DNA of 64,000 nt from Azolla caroliniana (taxonomy: Eukaryota > Plantae > Polypodiophyta). This document shows, one piece after another, positions 1 to 14,200 of the stretch; the first letter of the stretch is position 1; every line of letters starts with the position of its first letter. The stretch lies in NCBI GenBank assembly GCA_043228905.1, contig JBHGNT010000083.1, positions 1 to 64,000 on the forward strand. The letters are read 5' to 3'. The notes under the pieces are model-generated. The model was not told the origin of the DNA. It saw only the letters and a list, made by a program, of their open reading frames with translations, and ran no database searches. The position numbers were made by a program, and so were the translations under genes.

Positions 1-291
1 AAGGAATGGAACACGATTCTAGGATCACTAAATATTGTTGTTAGATTTGGACCATTATATATAATTGTTCATACCACAAGGCTTTACTTTGTTGACTCCC
101 CCTCATTTCTTATAACATGTTGAAAAGGCACAAAATCAAAGTTATTCAACCATATATTATGATTTTATTTTATTAAATGTATTTTACATTTTTGTGTCAT
201 TCTCGTAAGACTGACTATTATTTTCAATAGCAAGTGCATTACTAAACAAGAAGTACTTCAATAGTAAGATCGTAACGTTTGAGTGTTAAAT

Positions 292-1880
292 TTAATGGGC
301 GAGCTTAGGGGGATCCAAGTGTGCCACAAGGGTCATTATAGTTTTGTCTTCGGCGACGACACCACGATGCAACGCACTTTTGTATTTTCCATTCGTCAAA
401 GCCTACAATCGTAATAATAAATTGAAATCATTATCTCCTATATAAACATTTGTATGGTGAGTACGTTGTATGCCAAGGGCAACTTTCTAACATAAAGAAT
501 TTCTCTCATTTATTTAGATGAATGTTTCCATAAAAGTTTCATTGATATTTTATAGGTAGTAAAAGAAGTCTTACTTTTAGTTGATCCCCAACATTGATGA
601 CCACTGCATTGGGTACTGGGTTGATGGAGAACCATGCATTATCCTTAAACACTTGGAGGCCATCCATCTCCTTATCTTGTAGTAGAATAGTAAGACACCC
701 ATGGTCGGTATGACCATGTGTCCCGAGGACCAAGTCAGGTCGAGGACATGGAGGATAGTAGTTTGCACGGAAGAACAAGTTGTTACATTTGAATGTGTTC
801 ACAAGGTAATCACTATCCTTGAACCCTAGATTTTCAGACATTGCCACAAGGAGACGCTTGATGAGGCCCTCTACCTCATTGCCATAAGACTCAACTGCAC
901 TCCTGGGGAAAATGGACATTCAAATGGGCTATTAATATTGTCCCATGTTGGGAAATAAGGTCTATAGTACATGTTTTTTGGCACGTTCATTGGGACAAGA
1001 AGGCGACATTCAATATTTTTGACAATCAAGGAACAAAATTTAGTTACAATAAGAAGTATTTCCGAAAACAAGTTTGGGTCTAATTGGTATTGGGGGCCAC
1101 ATGTGCAATATTATCCATAATGATTGATCTCATGGCACAAATGAAGTTTCTACCGTAACAGAACTATGCATGGCCCACTACCTACCTAAATGCCTCGATG
1201 GGAAAGTGTTATGAGGAATATAAAGGTGAACCGAAAATGCCATCATTAGAAATGCACGTAACATTAGGTCCTAATGGACAACAAAATGCCAGTTAGATAG
1301 ATAGATATCTTTTTAACATCCATGGGAGACTCGTCGTGATCTATGAGACTAGGCCATGACAAAACATAAAACATGTTTAGGCAATGACTTGGGAGCACCT
1401 TAGTTGTGGAGGTTGTGAAGGCCACAAGTCTAGCTTCTTGAGACTAGGAGGAGCCAGGAAGCCGAAAAGGGAATCCATCCAGTCGTCAGCTGTGCCTCGA
1501 AAGAAGAGTGTGCGTCCGTACCCTTGCAACTTCTCCATGTCCCCGTCCTTCTGGTCCTCAGCATTGACGACATAGCCATGCTTTTCCGGACTAGGGAGCT
1601 CGAAGAAATCTTTGGCACTACGTCGAGCATCCTCGATGATGTCGATCGGAATGCCATGGTTGATCGCTTGGAAGAAGCCCCATTCCTCGCATGCACTCGC
1701 GATGGCGCTCAATGTGGTGGCCTTGGTGGAAGGAAGAGCGTCGCATTGCAAGCCACTTAGGTCGATGAGAGGAAGGGTCCTCTCAAGAAGGGGTTGTGGT
1801 GGCCTAGGACGATCCTCGGGTGAGACAATGAAGTTGATAGGAACTTCCTTCATGCACGACAATGTTTGGACCATGGCCAT
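292..1880 (-). CDS. 2-oxoglutarate/Fe(II)-dependent dioxygenase (DOXC class), 3 exons: 1880-1399, 902-575, 402-292; C-terminus appears degenerate, possible pseudogene
   Basis: DIOX_N motifs (LPLIDLS, ACEEWGFFQAINHGI), NYYPPCPRPDL, HTD iron triad and distal His (KSALHRG). GT/AG boundaries keep the frame. Exon 3 reads ALTNGKYKSALHRGVVAEDKTIMTLVAHLDPPKLAH*. Confidence 0.85.
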
Positions 1881-4025
1881 CTCTCCCTCTATAGAGTTGC
1901 TTCTATATGAAATCTTGATCTTAATTGTTGTGTCTTGTCACTATGTATGTCTCTCCCCATGCCTCTACATATTTATATGTATAGCAAGTAGTATCTTATG
2001 GACGCTTGTGCTTATTTATTTATTTGAAAATTAGTTTAGCAAGCCATATCTTATGGACACGTGCTTAATTATTTATTTGAAAATTAGTTAGAGTAGTTGA
2101 CATTAAAATGTGGATATTGAGTTACAAGAACTTAACTTGTTCAAGGTCACATGTTGTATATGAGGAGACCTATTGTAGCATTAAGATAGTCAAGATGGGT
2201 GTTCAATGCGACTAAGATGGGTGTCCAATGCTATAGCAAACATGTGTTGTGTGGAGCCTCAAACCTCATTTAAGATAAGATAATGTTCCGTAGAGAGGGG
2301 TGAGGCGGGATGGTATGCCAACACAACCTTACAATTATCGGTTTGCGTCTTCAAATGTGGGCCCCATCATAAGGGAGTCATTGGACTTTGCATATGGCTG
2401 AGATCTAGAAGAATACTTAAAACATTTACATACTTGAATCATTAAAGAAAAAATATAGAGAAATGAAACTAGACACTTCCAAAGTTATCACAACATAATG
2501 GGGTGCCTTTAATAGGCAACAAGTTTATTAATAGGGCGTCCACATCCTTATCGATATCAATTTATCTTACGAGTCATCAAGGTAGTGCTAAGTGGATAAG
2601 GGACCAATGACAATTCTTTGTGTATACGCTTCGTAAAGATGGTCCATTTAGGTGAGAACAGAAGTTAGAGCCATATACATTATATATGCTTGTCTATTTG
2701 AAAGTGTATGACGTTTCATGAAAAGATGGACTTAGGCTAGGTTAAAATTTGGCCCATTCCATACCTCTTTTGAAAAACTCAATGGACACTTGATGTGTTT
2801 GTATAAGCAAGTGTAGGATGTGCATTCTATATCCGTCCTCACCCCATACTATACCAAGTACTTAACGACATCAACGTTGTGAGGTTGGAACAGTTATAAA
2901 ATATATGTCAATTTGTGATTGACAGATTCCGTGCAAGGATACAACCTTCTTAGCCTCAACAACCCAACTCCTGATATTCACATAGTTGGCCACATGCTAG
3001 CAATAAGTGCCTTATAATGATTTACTCACTCTAAGACTACAAATGTATACTTGCCATTGCAAATAGAATAGAATAGAATCATTATCGTTTTATAGGGAGA
3101 CCAAGTTTGACCTATGGGACCAAATAAACATTTAATCTTGTATATTACTCCGAAGGTGGGAAATTTACCAGTTTTCTTCGCTCTTACAATGGGGTTACTA
3201 CTCTGTAGTAAAAATTCTCTATGTGAGAATAATGTACGCACATATGTGATCTCTCTTCTTGATGGGGATTTGGGTATGACACCTAAATTGTCGTGTCCAT
3301 ATAGTAAGTCATCATACTTCTTGTGAATTTAGCTCATATGTTGAGCATGCAAGAAGTGGTATTCATCCTCCATTATGTTCGTTGAATACGTTCATATTAG
3401 GGTGATGATGCCATGATCCTACCTAAACAAGTAGCTAGTGAGCAGTGTTAAGGCTCTTTAAGCACCAATGCTCATGGGGGTAGGAAGAGGTGGTCGGATA
3501 TGTTCTAGCATTTTTATCTTGGTTCGAGGCTAACATTGGAGGTCAACATTTGGAATGTGATATTCTAATTTTGACATTTTAGCATCTTACTACTTCATAC
3601 TTTATAGTATAGTACGTAATATATCGAATGCATTGGCAAACATTCTTTTTCATACGAATGCAAAAAGAATGTGTATGCTATCAAAACATTCTTATGTTTT
3701 TTTTTACACTTTTTAACTTAGCTTTCTTGCCTTAAAAAAATTACCTTATAATTAATTAATTAATTAATAATGAATACAAAAGTATGGTATTTCCCATACT
3801 TCGTGGGTGTTTACCATACGCGAATGATTGAAACAATCTCGAATGCAAATACACGTATGGTTCAAACTTCATACTATGCTTGCATTGCTCGAAAGCTCCA
3901 ATATATATATTACTCCCCATCTTTTAAAGCATTTCATAATATCAATGAGAGGATTTTGCGTTGATTGGTTTTTAGTACCTTGCATTCAACATTCCAAGCT
4001 TGTTTTGGTAATCTATGATATACTT

Positions 4026-7000
4026 GTATACTCTTTGCATGGCTAATACCTCTTTGGGCCTAGCACTTGTTTCTAATATGATGACAAGTTAGGATGTTAC
4101 GGGTTTCCCCCCCAATTGTTTGGGGAGAGAAAGATAGACACACAATATATTTCACTATAGAAGCCATAAAGACTTACGAAACCCACAACAATCAAATATG
4201 GACTTGTTATCATGAAAACACAACAAAGTCATAGGACACTCACAACTTCTTTTTCACAAATATGATCAAAATCTAGCTAAGCATTTAACAGGATTTGGTC
4301 TCTCTAAGAGCTGCAGGATACAAAAAAGTTTTCATAAAGTGAAGTTCAAAATGGTGCAGCTTCCAGAATCATCCTTGAGTATAAATCATACACAAAAATC
4401 TGGTTCTCATACAACAAGCACACACACAACAAGACTTCATTTCCAAAATTTGCAGAATTTGATGTTATCAAGACCGACTCAAAATCAATTCAATTCCTTG
4501 AGCAAAAAATAGGAGTATCATCTCTGAACCTCTCTTCTAATATATGTTGCCAAGAATCTTTCTTTGCTCATCTTCAGCAATTCAGCACACATGAATTTCC
4601 ATTTCCAAAAGTACAAACAACCTTTGTTTTATATGTACAAGCATTACACATTATATGACTTGTGACCCATTTTTCCCAAAATTTGTGGTATTGTATGTTA
4701 TCATGACCGACTCAAAATCAAATCAATTCCTTGAACCAAAAATAGGAGTATATATATTTGAATCATGTCTGAACCTCTCTTCTAATATAAGTTACCAAGA
4801 ATCTTTCTTCGTTCCTCTTCGGCAAATCAACACAATCTTGCCTGTTTCAAGATTGTTAAGTTAGTAAAATACCAAAACAGCAGTAAAATGATCTATGGGC
4901 AGTGCACTTTACCTTAAATAAGGAAATTAGAAAATGGAATGAGAATAATGAGATGAATAAAGTAGGAAATGACAGATTGCATTAAGAGAGGGAAGAGGAA
5001 GTCAAATCACTATCCCAACTCAAAATGCTGTATAAGATAAACAAACAAATGTTTCACATATGGATATGGGATTATGACTAATACATATTTGAAACATTGT
5101 ACCCTGTATCTACCCACTTCAGCATTCCTAAGATTAGGTTAACAGAGGAAAGAGGAAATACCATGTCAAATATCCCATTCCATTACAAATCACTATTCCT
5201 ACTAACAATGATGTGTAAGACAATAAATAACTGCTTCACAAATGGAAATGGGATTGTGACTACAATATATTTGAAATATTGGTGTTCCCTCCTACAAATG
5301 TATGTTTACATATGAAACATTTGTGAGCAAAAACCACAGCAAGGAACTCTTAAAGATACATACATAGTTAAAGTTTATCTACATCTTTTTGAAGGATGCC
5401 AGACCATTAGTGTTAGTTACGTTCCACAATCTGAACTTGCAAACACAATGTAACATGCACCAAATTCGCATTCACACGATGAGGTCTAATCAGGAACTCT
5501 TTAATGAGCCATAAAACCAATAGGGTTTGGAAGCCAAAACGCCTAAGCTAGCCATTACCACAAGGTTCTTCATGCTACACGAGAGTGTGGACTGGTTTGG
5601 CAAGAGTCCTACAGTAGCCATCACTCAATACGCTGTGACTCAGGGTTTGGGGTTTTCCCTTTATAGGTCTCCTTAACCCCTCCAATAAAGGTTGCATAAT
5701 CACATGATGGAAGTCAAATTCCTTATTACAGGGGAATTCATGTTCGGGGAGATGCTACGTGTACCCATTTGGAGGTCTACCCACGTATCAACTGGCCAAT
5801 GATCCAGAGGCATTTCCTGGTTTCTATTGATTGTTATATTGGGCTTCGTAATCTTCACAATTGTTTTTCTCTGATCCATCTATACTCTAAAAGTGCTTAC
5901 TCTCATGCCGCATTCCCGTCAGCTTCAGATTGCAGGAGCTTTGCTATATCTCAATATCTCTAAGTGTAATAAATATTGTGGTCACTTTACCAAGCTATCC
6001 ATCATGTCTTCAGACATCTCCTCTCACGTGTGATTTTGGTCAGCTGCAGCCTCTGTTAGCTCCATTCCAGGTGCCACTGCAAGACTAGCCATTGCATACA
6101 CCAGAGTTCCCCTGGCAATCCCGCATCCATTCCATTTCTTAGCAGAGATAGCTTCATGCAGGTGGCCACACTGTCACATCATACATTTGCTAAACTTCAA
6201 ACAAAATGTGCAATTAACTTAGTCTAGCCCATCTTACATCTGTTGTTCCTGTGTTTCCATGATTGCTTCTTTTGCAAAACACAAGTCAACCCGTTTCTCA
6301 GGTAACTCTTCCTTGAGAAACATCAGCTTGTTTTCGTGCTCTCAGACTGCTCTCAAAAACTTTATTTACTTCTACCTTCTAGCTATTACTTTGATTCTAT
6401 AAATATTTAATGTGCTTTACATGTATGAGTTAATTCATTGAACACATTCATATATGGGTATAAATCAGAAAAAGAAAACACCTCCTGTTTCTGTTTTCAT
6501 TTCATTATCAGTTTCCAGACTTCAATACTCATTTCTTCCACTTATATTTCCCCCATTTCCTGTCATACTCAGCAACTCTGATCCCAAGACCTTCACCTTA
6601 GTAAACAGTTGTGTAGACTGGCATTTCCTTAATGCACTTTACATGTATTAGGTAATTCATTGAACACATTTTTATATGGGTATAAATCTGTTAACAAACA
6701 TCACCTTTTCCATTTTTACTTTATTTACCAGTTCTACAAACTTAGATACTTATTCCTTTCGTTTCTGTTTCCCCCATTTCCCCAACCATACTTGGTACTT
6801 CTGATCCCAAGATCTTCAACTTTGTGAAGCATTGTCTAGGCTGGGATTTGCTTCACTTAGCCTTTCCGCTTCTCCCTTGATCACATCCTCATTTTCCTCC
6901 TCAGAAGCACTAGACACCTCTTTGGAGAGAATCTTCTTCTCTCCTCTATTGATGCCCAAGCCACCATTCATATGTGATCGTCTTTTCCATCAAAAACATT

Positions 7001-8634
7001 GACATTCACATATTCATGAAAATTTCAGATTTCAGTACAATAATCTTTCCTATGTTTGACAAGAAGCAATGACCTTGAAAGCTCCAAACACACCGTTAGA
7101 CTGAAAAGAATGTTTTACAAAGAAACCAAAGCTTGGTGTATTCTGGATAAAAATGAGATTTGTGTGCAAACAAGTCTAATCAAAGTATTTGAAGGTTTAC
7201 AGCAGATGCATGTACCTATTCTATTATTTCCTACCCTGGAATTACATTAGCTCTTCTTAACAATATTGATTAAACACATTTTAAAATCAGTCAAAATTCT
7301 TTTTTGTATATGCAAAATAAAGGGATCAAACCTCTAGAAGAAGCACTCTTGGGATGCGCAAAAATAGCCCAAAACCAGGAAAAAGTTACAATGTCGGGAA
7401 GACTTTAGGAAGCGTCATTACAGTACTCGTTTAACATACACGATTGGGTTGCAGCCTATGTAGAGATGTGTAAACCTGTAATTCATAATGATAATGAAAC
7501 AGCACTTCAACAGGACATACTCATACATAAATCAGCTATACCAGAATTTTTCGTGCAAGTAAGTTTCCCTGAAAACCAACATTTTACTGTGATAACTGGC
7601 TTTGCAATTTGCAAACTTGCAATCGAACAAAAAACAGCTCCACATTTAAAGGCAATTAAAAGTGTATGATATATTAGATATTGAGATCTATCACAAGCAT
7701 TTCAGACCAATTACCATGAGGAATGAGGCCGATGGTGGGTGGGTCCTGATTAGTAGTTTCTACCATCAATATTTAAGTTAATTTTAGGGAAAATTTTAGT
7801 ATAATGTGGCATAACATTATACTTGATACACAAAATATAGTAGCATGTACATATACTTGGCCTAATGGTATTAAGACCTGATGTCTTTTAAGCACATGAT
7901 AGTTTATGCTTGACAAAACATATGTCAACATTTTACCTAAAATCCATTTCTACATCTTCTTAATGAGAAAGAGAAAGCTATTTTCTTTCGATAAAAATAC
8001 TTCAAATCTCATTTATTCTAGTAAAAGTGCACAAGCTAAAAATACATATGTGTTCTCTTTCTCTCTCGTTTTCTTTTCCTTTTATTTTATTAAAACAATT
8101 CGAATCTATAGACAGTTTACTTTCACTAAAAACATCCAGATCCCATTCATTCCAGTAAAAATACGTAGGGGTGTTACTTAAGTAAAACCACTTTTATGTA
8201 GGAGAAGTACAAATCTTCCATTTGGCCCCTTTTCTATATGGTCTTTGCACAAAAGCGATTTAATTTTATGCATATTCAGTACTACCATCCATTCCAATAT
8301 TCATGCAAGCAAACTCCACACAACTCCATGTATTCCTGACTTTTGAAAAGTAAAGTTTAGACACTACCCACGACATAAGCTATAATCAACTGGCATAGAC
8401 TAAATCACAACTCCCTCCAAAATAACCAGAAATATTCAATCTGAAAAGCATTAGATATTTGTCCCATGATGAAAGACCTTTTGTCCAAACCCAAAATCAG
8501 TCATATCAGAAATCCTAACAAGGCACACAGACGAAGCAAGATACAAAGAGAAATATCTTTTGAGCATTCTGATAGAGAATATTTATTCACCTTTGAGATA
8601 GCTGGCACAAAAGCTTTCGTTGGAGTTAAGTATA
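4026..8634. repeat. Segmental direct repeat, copy 1 (4609 bp; SUVH 3' trailer plus last 9 nt of CDS)
   Basis: Matches 34052-38660 at a constant offset of 30026. Only about 5 substitutions seen (6588, 8164, 8255, 8371, 8557). Confidence 0.97.
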
Positions 8635-8763
8635 TTTTAGTCCTATTTACAACATGCTACCATATGCGTGTGGCCTTCACCCCTTTCACACGTGCATATT
8701 GCAACTTCTCAATTTCATTCGTTAGACACAAATTTCACACCGTTGCCGAAAATCTTCACGACA
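8635..8763. mobile_element. Truncated end of an LTR of family D
   Basis: Ends ...ccgaaaatcttcacgaca, the same terminus as solo LTR D at 32545. The left part is cut off at the duplication junction. Confidence 0.6.
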
Positions 8764-9064
8764 GCGTGAGGTTTTTTCTAATAGAATCTTATCTTCTCTG
8801 ATTCTCTGTGTCTGTGCAACCCGTGCTGTCTTGTGTAATCTCTGTGCTATTCGTAAGGTTGTCTCTGTAAGCATAGGGTAAGAGTCAGCGTAGTAGCGCA
8901 CTTAGGTTCTTGGTCGTAGTCGTGAACCTTCACCCATAGATACGCATTATTACATAACTAACGGATTACGGCTCACATCTCGTGTGGCGTCATACCTTGC
9001 CACGCAATCCCCTTGAGCTCTATCTCGAAGGACTGAAGATAGACAATGTTCCATATCGGTAACA
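8764..9064 (+). mobile_element. LTR fragment related to element C LTR, in opposite orientation, inserted in Copia A pol
   Basis: Its reverse complement starts tgttaccgatatggaacattgtctat..., homologous to tgttaccgattaggaacactgtctac at 20345. It interrupts the Copia A frame at KFCR|. Confidence 0.65.
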
Positions 9065-11062
9065 CTCGGCAAAACTTCATGATACTATTCCGAATGCTAC
9101 CTATGTAGCGTTCATCATATCGCCGACTGGCTTGTATTAGGTTCAATTGAACCTCCGGAACGTGTCGTACATCTTTCAACACGAGTTTGCACCCGGTTGA
9201 GGTTTCCAAACACACATCTCCAATGCTGACGATTTGGTAGGGTCCTTCATTTCCCATCTTTATAGATCCAAGATCTTCGGCTCTATAGGATGAGAAGCAC
9301 TTTCAGTCAAGGGTTAGGTGGAATGATGTACCCGAATAGACCACCCATGTCGATCCTTCGCCGACGAGATTCACTTCGTTTTGCTCACTGATGAGCAACA
9401 ACTCCTCAATCGCAACGATTGCGGAGGTGTTCTTTCTGTCTCGGATTTTCTTCGGCTCTACACCATCAGCTCCCCCTTTCTCCTTCGGAAAGTGTTGGCA
9501 GTTTTTCTGGAAGTGCCCCGGCTTCCCACAATAGAAGCACGTGGATTTGCCCCTCGATTTCGACCTGGTCCCTAACTTATCTCGGTTTTGGGGACTTCTA
9601 TTTCGGCCTCTTCCCCGAATCGTGTCACCTTCTGTGACTAAGGCCTTCTGATCGGTATTGGACTCTCGGTCCTTCCGGCGAGCTTCTTCATTCAGCAAGC
9701 TCGACTTCACCTACTCTAGGGATAAATGCTTCCCTTCTGGCCCGACGTTGCCCAAAGTGACAACGAGTGTCCCCCAGCTGTTCGGAAGGGATCCCAACAA
9801 TAGTAATGCTAATACCTCATCGGCTAGAGGTACTTCTAGAGAGGTGGTTTGGTTCGTCAAGCCTTGGAAGGCATTGATGTGCTCCGCCATACTAGAGCCA
9901 TCCTGGTACCAGAGCTTCACGATTTTTCGAAATACTGAAACTCGGTTCACGGCATTCTTGTTTTCGAACATGACGCCGATCTTCTTCCATAGGACGTCTG
10001 CTTCTATTTCTTCACCGAAGTTGTTGTATAGACATGAGGCCGCCTTCAAATGCAACACTGCCCAAGTCACTACATCGAACTTGTCTGGTCTTTTGTCTCC
10101 GAATTGCATCGGTAGCTAGAGGTCTTTGCACACGAGCATGTCTCTCATCTTCGACTTCCACACTGAGTAGTTCGAGCCGGTTAGCTTAAACGTGCCGCCA
10201 AACGAGTCTTCCATCGCTCTAATACCACCTTGTTAGGAATCGACCGGCCATAACCGGTTCACGTTCGTATTCGTGTGCTGAGAAACAAGAATTAGTACAC
10301 AAACAAACAAACATAAAAACACAGAGACACCGATATTTTATGTGGAAAACCCGAAATGGGAAAAACCACGGGGGTCCATAAACCCCAAGAAAATAGATCA
10401 CTATAGTAGAGAGGGAGTACAAATACGGTGTCGTGCCTTTCGGCTCCGGATCGTTGCGTGAGTCGGGTGGGAACCACAGAGGTCTTGGACTAGGAGAAAG
10501 AAGTTCGTGAGATAGAGATTAATTATGAGTAAATAGCAAAGAGAAAGATAAGAAACTCGTGAATCACACGAGTATACTATATTAATTGGTACTTAGGGTG
10601 TTAAGAGAGAAGTAGATGTATAAATCGTGAATCCCACGAATAATTTTTGTATTGATTAATACTTAATCCTAATAATCAACAACCCTTTACATATTTCTCT
10701 CCTCCTTATATAAGGAAAGAAGAGCTAAGCATGGCTTCATGCTTTTTTTTTTTTACAAAAAGTGTTCATGTGATGCTTTTTTATTTCCTAAGTATAGGGC
10801 TCATGCACGCTAGATGTGCATGAGTTATTTTTAGTGTCTCGTCTTTTTCATATATTAAAAAATACACGATTTACCTTTTAATAAAGGTATGCATAAATAA
10901 AGGTCTTATGCGTATTAAATCTATATTTAAAGCACTTAAGATAAGTTAATGTAATGGTAAGGTTGGGGTTTGTCAACGTGGAGGTGCAGAGTTTGAATCA
11001 CGCCCTGCGCAGTAATGAATATTTCCTTTCTTTTTACATTTATGTCTCTTTATCCGGCTCTT

Positions 11063-11160
11063 CCTTGCCGGTATGCCGTTTTCTTCCTTGCCGGTATGCC
11101 GTTTTTCCTCCTTGCCGGTATGCCGTTTTCCTCCTTGCCGGTATGCCGTTTTCTTCCGGT
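11063..11160 (+). repeat. Tandem ~24-bp repeat (cttgccggtatgccgttttc...) x4 in LTR B; also at ~17539-17636
   Basis: Directly visible in both LTR copies. Confidence 0.9.
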
Positions 11161-11224
11161 TCTCACCGAGCACTCCATTCTCTATCCGGAGGGACAAAAA
11201 TATAATTTCCACATAGTGTGCAAC

Positions 11225-14200
11225 CTACACTACGACACTCGCCCCCTCCAAACCCGCACATCCTCCGGTATGTGCCGAAGTTCTTGATTCTTCGTATCCG
11301 TCTTCATCCGAAGCTTCCTCCGATTCTCCCCTTATGTCGACTATGAGTTGTAATCCACTTTCTTCGCTTCCCGCATCATTGTGGTCTTCGTCCGATTGCT
11401 CCTCGTTGTCGGCCTCGACTTGGATCACATAAGGTTTGTCGTCGGTCCGCTTCTTGAAAATCTTCACCCGCTTCCCGGCTATAGGCACTCGTAGTATTGT
11501 TCCATCCAACTCGGACAGTCGGTACGTCCCGTTGTCGAAGACCTTCCGAACCTCGTACGGCCCGAACCACCTTTTCGCGAATTTCCGCATCGTTGTATGT
11601 TGATGGTCCAAGCTACTATCATAGACGATCACCCAATCTCCTTCTTCAATCCTCCTCGGTCGTAGTCGGTGCTTTGTGTCGAACCGGCTTTTGTTCCGGA
11701 ACCGTGCTTCTTGTTGTCGGCGTGACGCTTCCGCTACATCTTTCGGTCTTCCCTCCAGTTGTCGTATCCGGACCGCTAGTAGTTCTTCCCGGCTCATCTC
11801 TTCCTTCCACGGTAGTATTGTCCATGTCGCGATTGCGGTTTCCGTTGGCATTACCGGTGCTTGTCCGGTCATGAGTTCTGCCGGCATGTAACCGGTCACG
11901 GAGCTATGCGTCGTCCGATCCGCCCATAGTGCATACGGAAGCATTTGTAGCCAATCCTTCACCCTTCCGTCGCATGCCTTCGCAAGTGCTTTCACGATCG
12001 GACTATGTCCTCGTTCGATCTTCCCGTTGGCCTCCGGATTGTAGGCCGTTGTCAACGTTAACCGAACTCCATGTTTGGCGAAGAATCCCCTAGCTTTGTC
12101 CGAGTCGAGTTCTCCCCGGTCCGCAATCACTTGTCCTACGCAGCCGTACCTACAAAACACTTCTTCCAAAAGAAATTGGCACACCGCGGCACACGTTTTC
12201 CTCCGAAGCGCTCGACCTTCAACTTGGTTTGTGAGATCTTCTCGAGCTAACACCAAGTATTTCTTTTGTCCAATCCCGGTCGGCATAGCTACAATGTCGA
12301 CCATCCACTTGAAGTTGATTGTCGGTGAGAATGTCGGATGCAGCTCATCTCGGTGTCGGACCCCGGAGTAGACTTGACATTTCTCGCAGCTTTCTGTGAA
12401 CTCCGCGACATCTTTATACATGTTCTTCCACCAATATCTTTGCTTGATTTTCACAAAAGTTGCCCATGTTCCTCGATGTCCAGCCCAATCGGATTCGTGG
12501 AACTCGGACATTATCCGGTTTCGTTGCTCTTTCGTCCCGACTACTCGAAGTGGTATCCCATCCGGTCTTTTCGGCGTCCTCCATATTAAACCGTTTTCCA
12601 AGAAGAACTTTTGGACTTGCCTCTTCTTCCTTCGGATCTCGGCTCTCCTTTCTTTATCATTGGTTGAATCTTCGACCTCTTGTAGCATCTTCCCGATCAT
12701 CAAGGTTTCCCCCTCGTATTCTTCTTCCCGGAATTCTCGGATCACGTTCACTCGGCATATGTGTTCTGACGTGAAGTAGTCTTCGGAAACTTCTTCATTA
12801 TCTGATTCGGTTATGTCGTCTTCAAACCGCGCCCTCGATAACATGTCCGCTACCGCGTTGTCCTTCCCCGAGATGTGTCGAACCTCCGGATTAAGTGACT
12901 TGACATATGCAATCCACCTTAGCATAGCCACATCCGGTATCGTACAACACCGCATCATCCCGAGTATCGGAAGACAATCCGTCTCGATCACCACTTCAGC
13001 TCCGATCAAATAATCCCGATCCGATTTTATCGCCGACACGACTCCCCACAATTCTCTTTTGACTTGTGCATATCCGCGTTGCCTTTCGTTGAGGACCTTT
13101 GCTCCAAATCGGATCGGATACCGCGAACCATCCGAGTCGGCTTGATTGATGACCCACCCGATACCGGTTGGACTTGTATCAACCGTTACTATGATTGGCC
13201 GCTCGTAGCTTGGCTTCTTAAGTGATTCCGCCCTCCATAGTGTCTTCTTGAGCTTCCTCATGGCTTTAGTGTGTTCCGGTTTCCACTCGAATTTCTTACC
13301 TTTCCGCAACAAGTGATAGAGCGGGTCCGCTATATGTGCATAGTGCGGAATCTATATGTGATAGAATGCACACGCACCCAGAAACCTTCGGACTTCCGAT
13401 GTTGACTCACATACTTCCTTCATAGCTTGAATCGCATCGACCTTTGTTGGTGACGGTCTTCGGCCGTAGGGTCCACATAGATGTCCGACCACCAATATTT
13501 CTTCTTGCCCGAATGCCGATTTCTCCCCGGAAAGTGTTAGGTGCACATCTTCTAGCTTTCGCAACACTTTCTCGCAATCACGAATATGGTCGACCACGAA
13601 CTTTCGGCATCCCCGATCATCCATAGTCTCATCTTTTTCTTCCACCGCGCATCCTTTCATCGGAATGTCATCTAGAAACGGCATCGTTATCTCCGGGATG
13701 CAATCTCGAAGCACCTTGTTCATCGCGTTCATCATATGTGCAACCGAGTTTGTCGCTCCTTGTGGTAGTGTGCACATTCGAACTAGTCCTATCGGTGTCC
13801 GCATGGTAGTGATGTCTCGGCTCTCCACGGCTAGTTGGAATTGGTCATACCCCGAGTATAGGTCCCCGATGGAGTATATCGCACGTCCGGCAAAAGCTTC
13901 CGCGAATTCGTCCACTATCGGACCGACTCCCGAGTTCCGGATCGTGACCTTGTTCACCGGTTGCAAGTCTTGGATGAATCGGAGTGACCCATTCTTCTTC
14001 GGAACCGTAAACCATCGATTTGAGTACGGAGCACTTGATGGCTCTAGAATCCCCATCGCCACCTTCTCCTTGAGCAAGTCGATGACTTTCGGAATATGCG
14101 CCCGTGGCACCGGAATCGGCTTCAGGTTCCACGGTACATGATCAATCGTGAAGATCACCATCGGCTCCACTATCTTTGGATCAATGCATCCGATCTCCCT

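Noticed and set aside
4655-8801. Small + strand ORFs repeated at 34681-38752
   Set aside because: Their identity reflects the recent DNA duplication, not coding constraint; they are AT-rich and motif-free.
11063-11160. CRISPR-like short repeats
   Set aside because: Head-to-tail tandem units without unique spacers, inside an LTR of a eukaryotic genome, with no cas genes.
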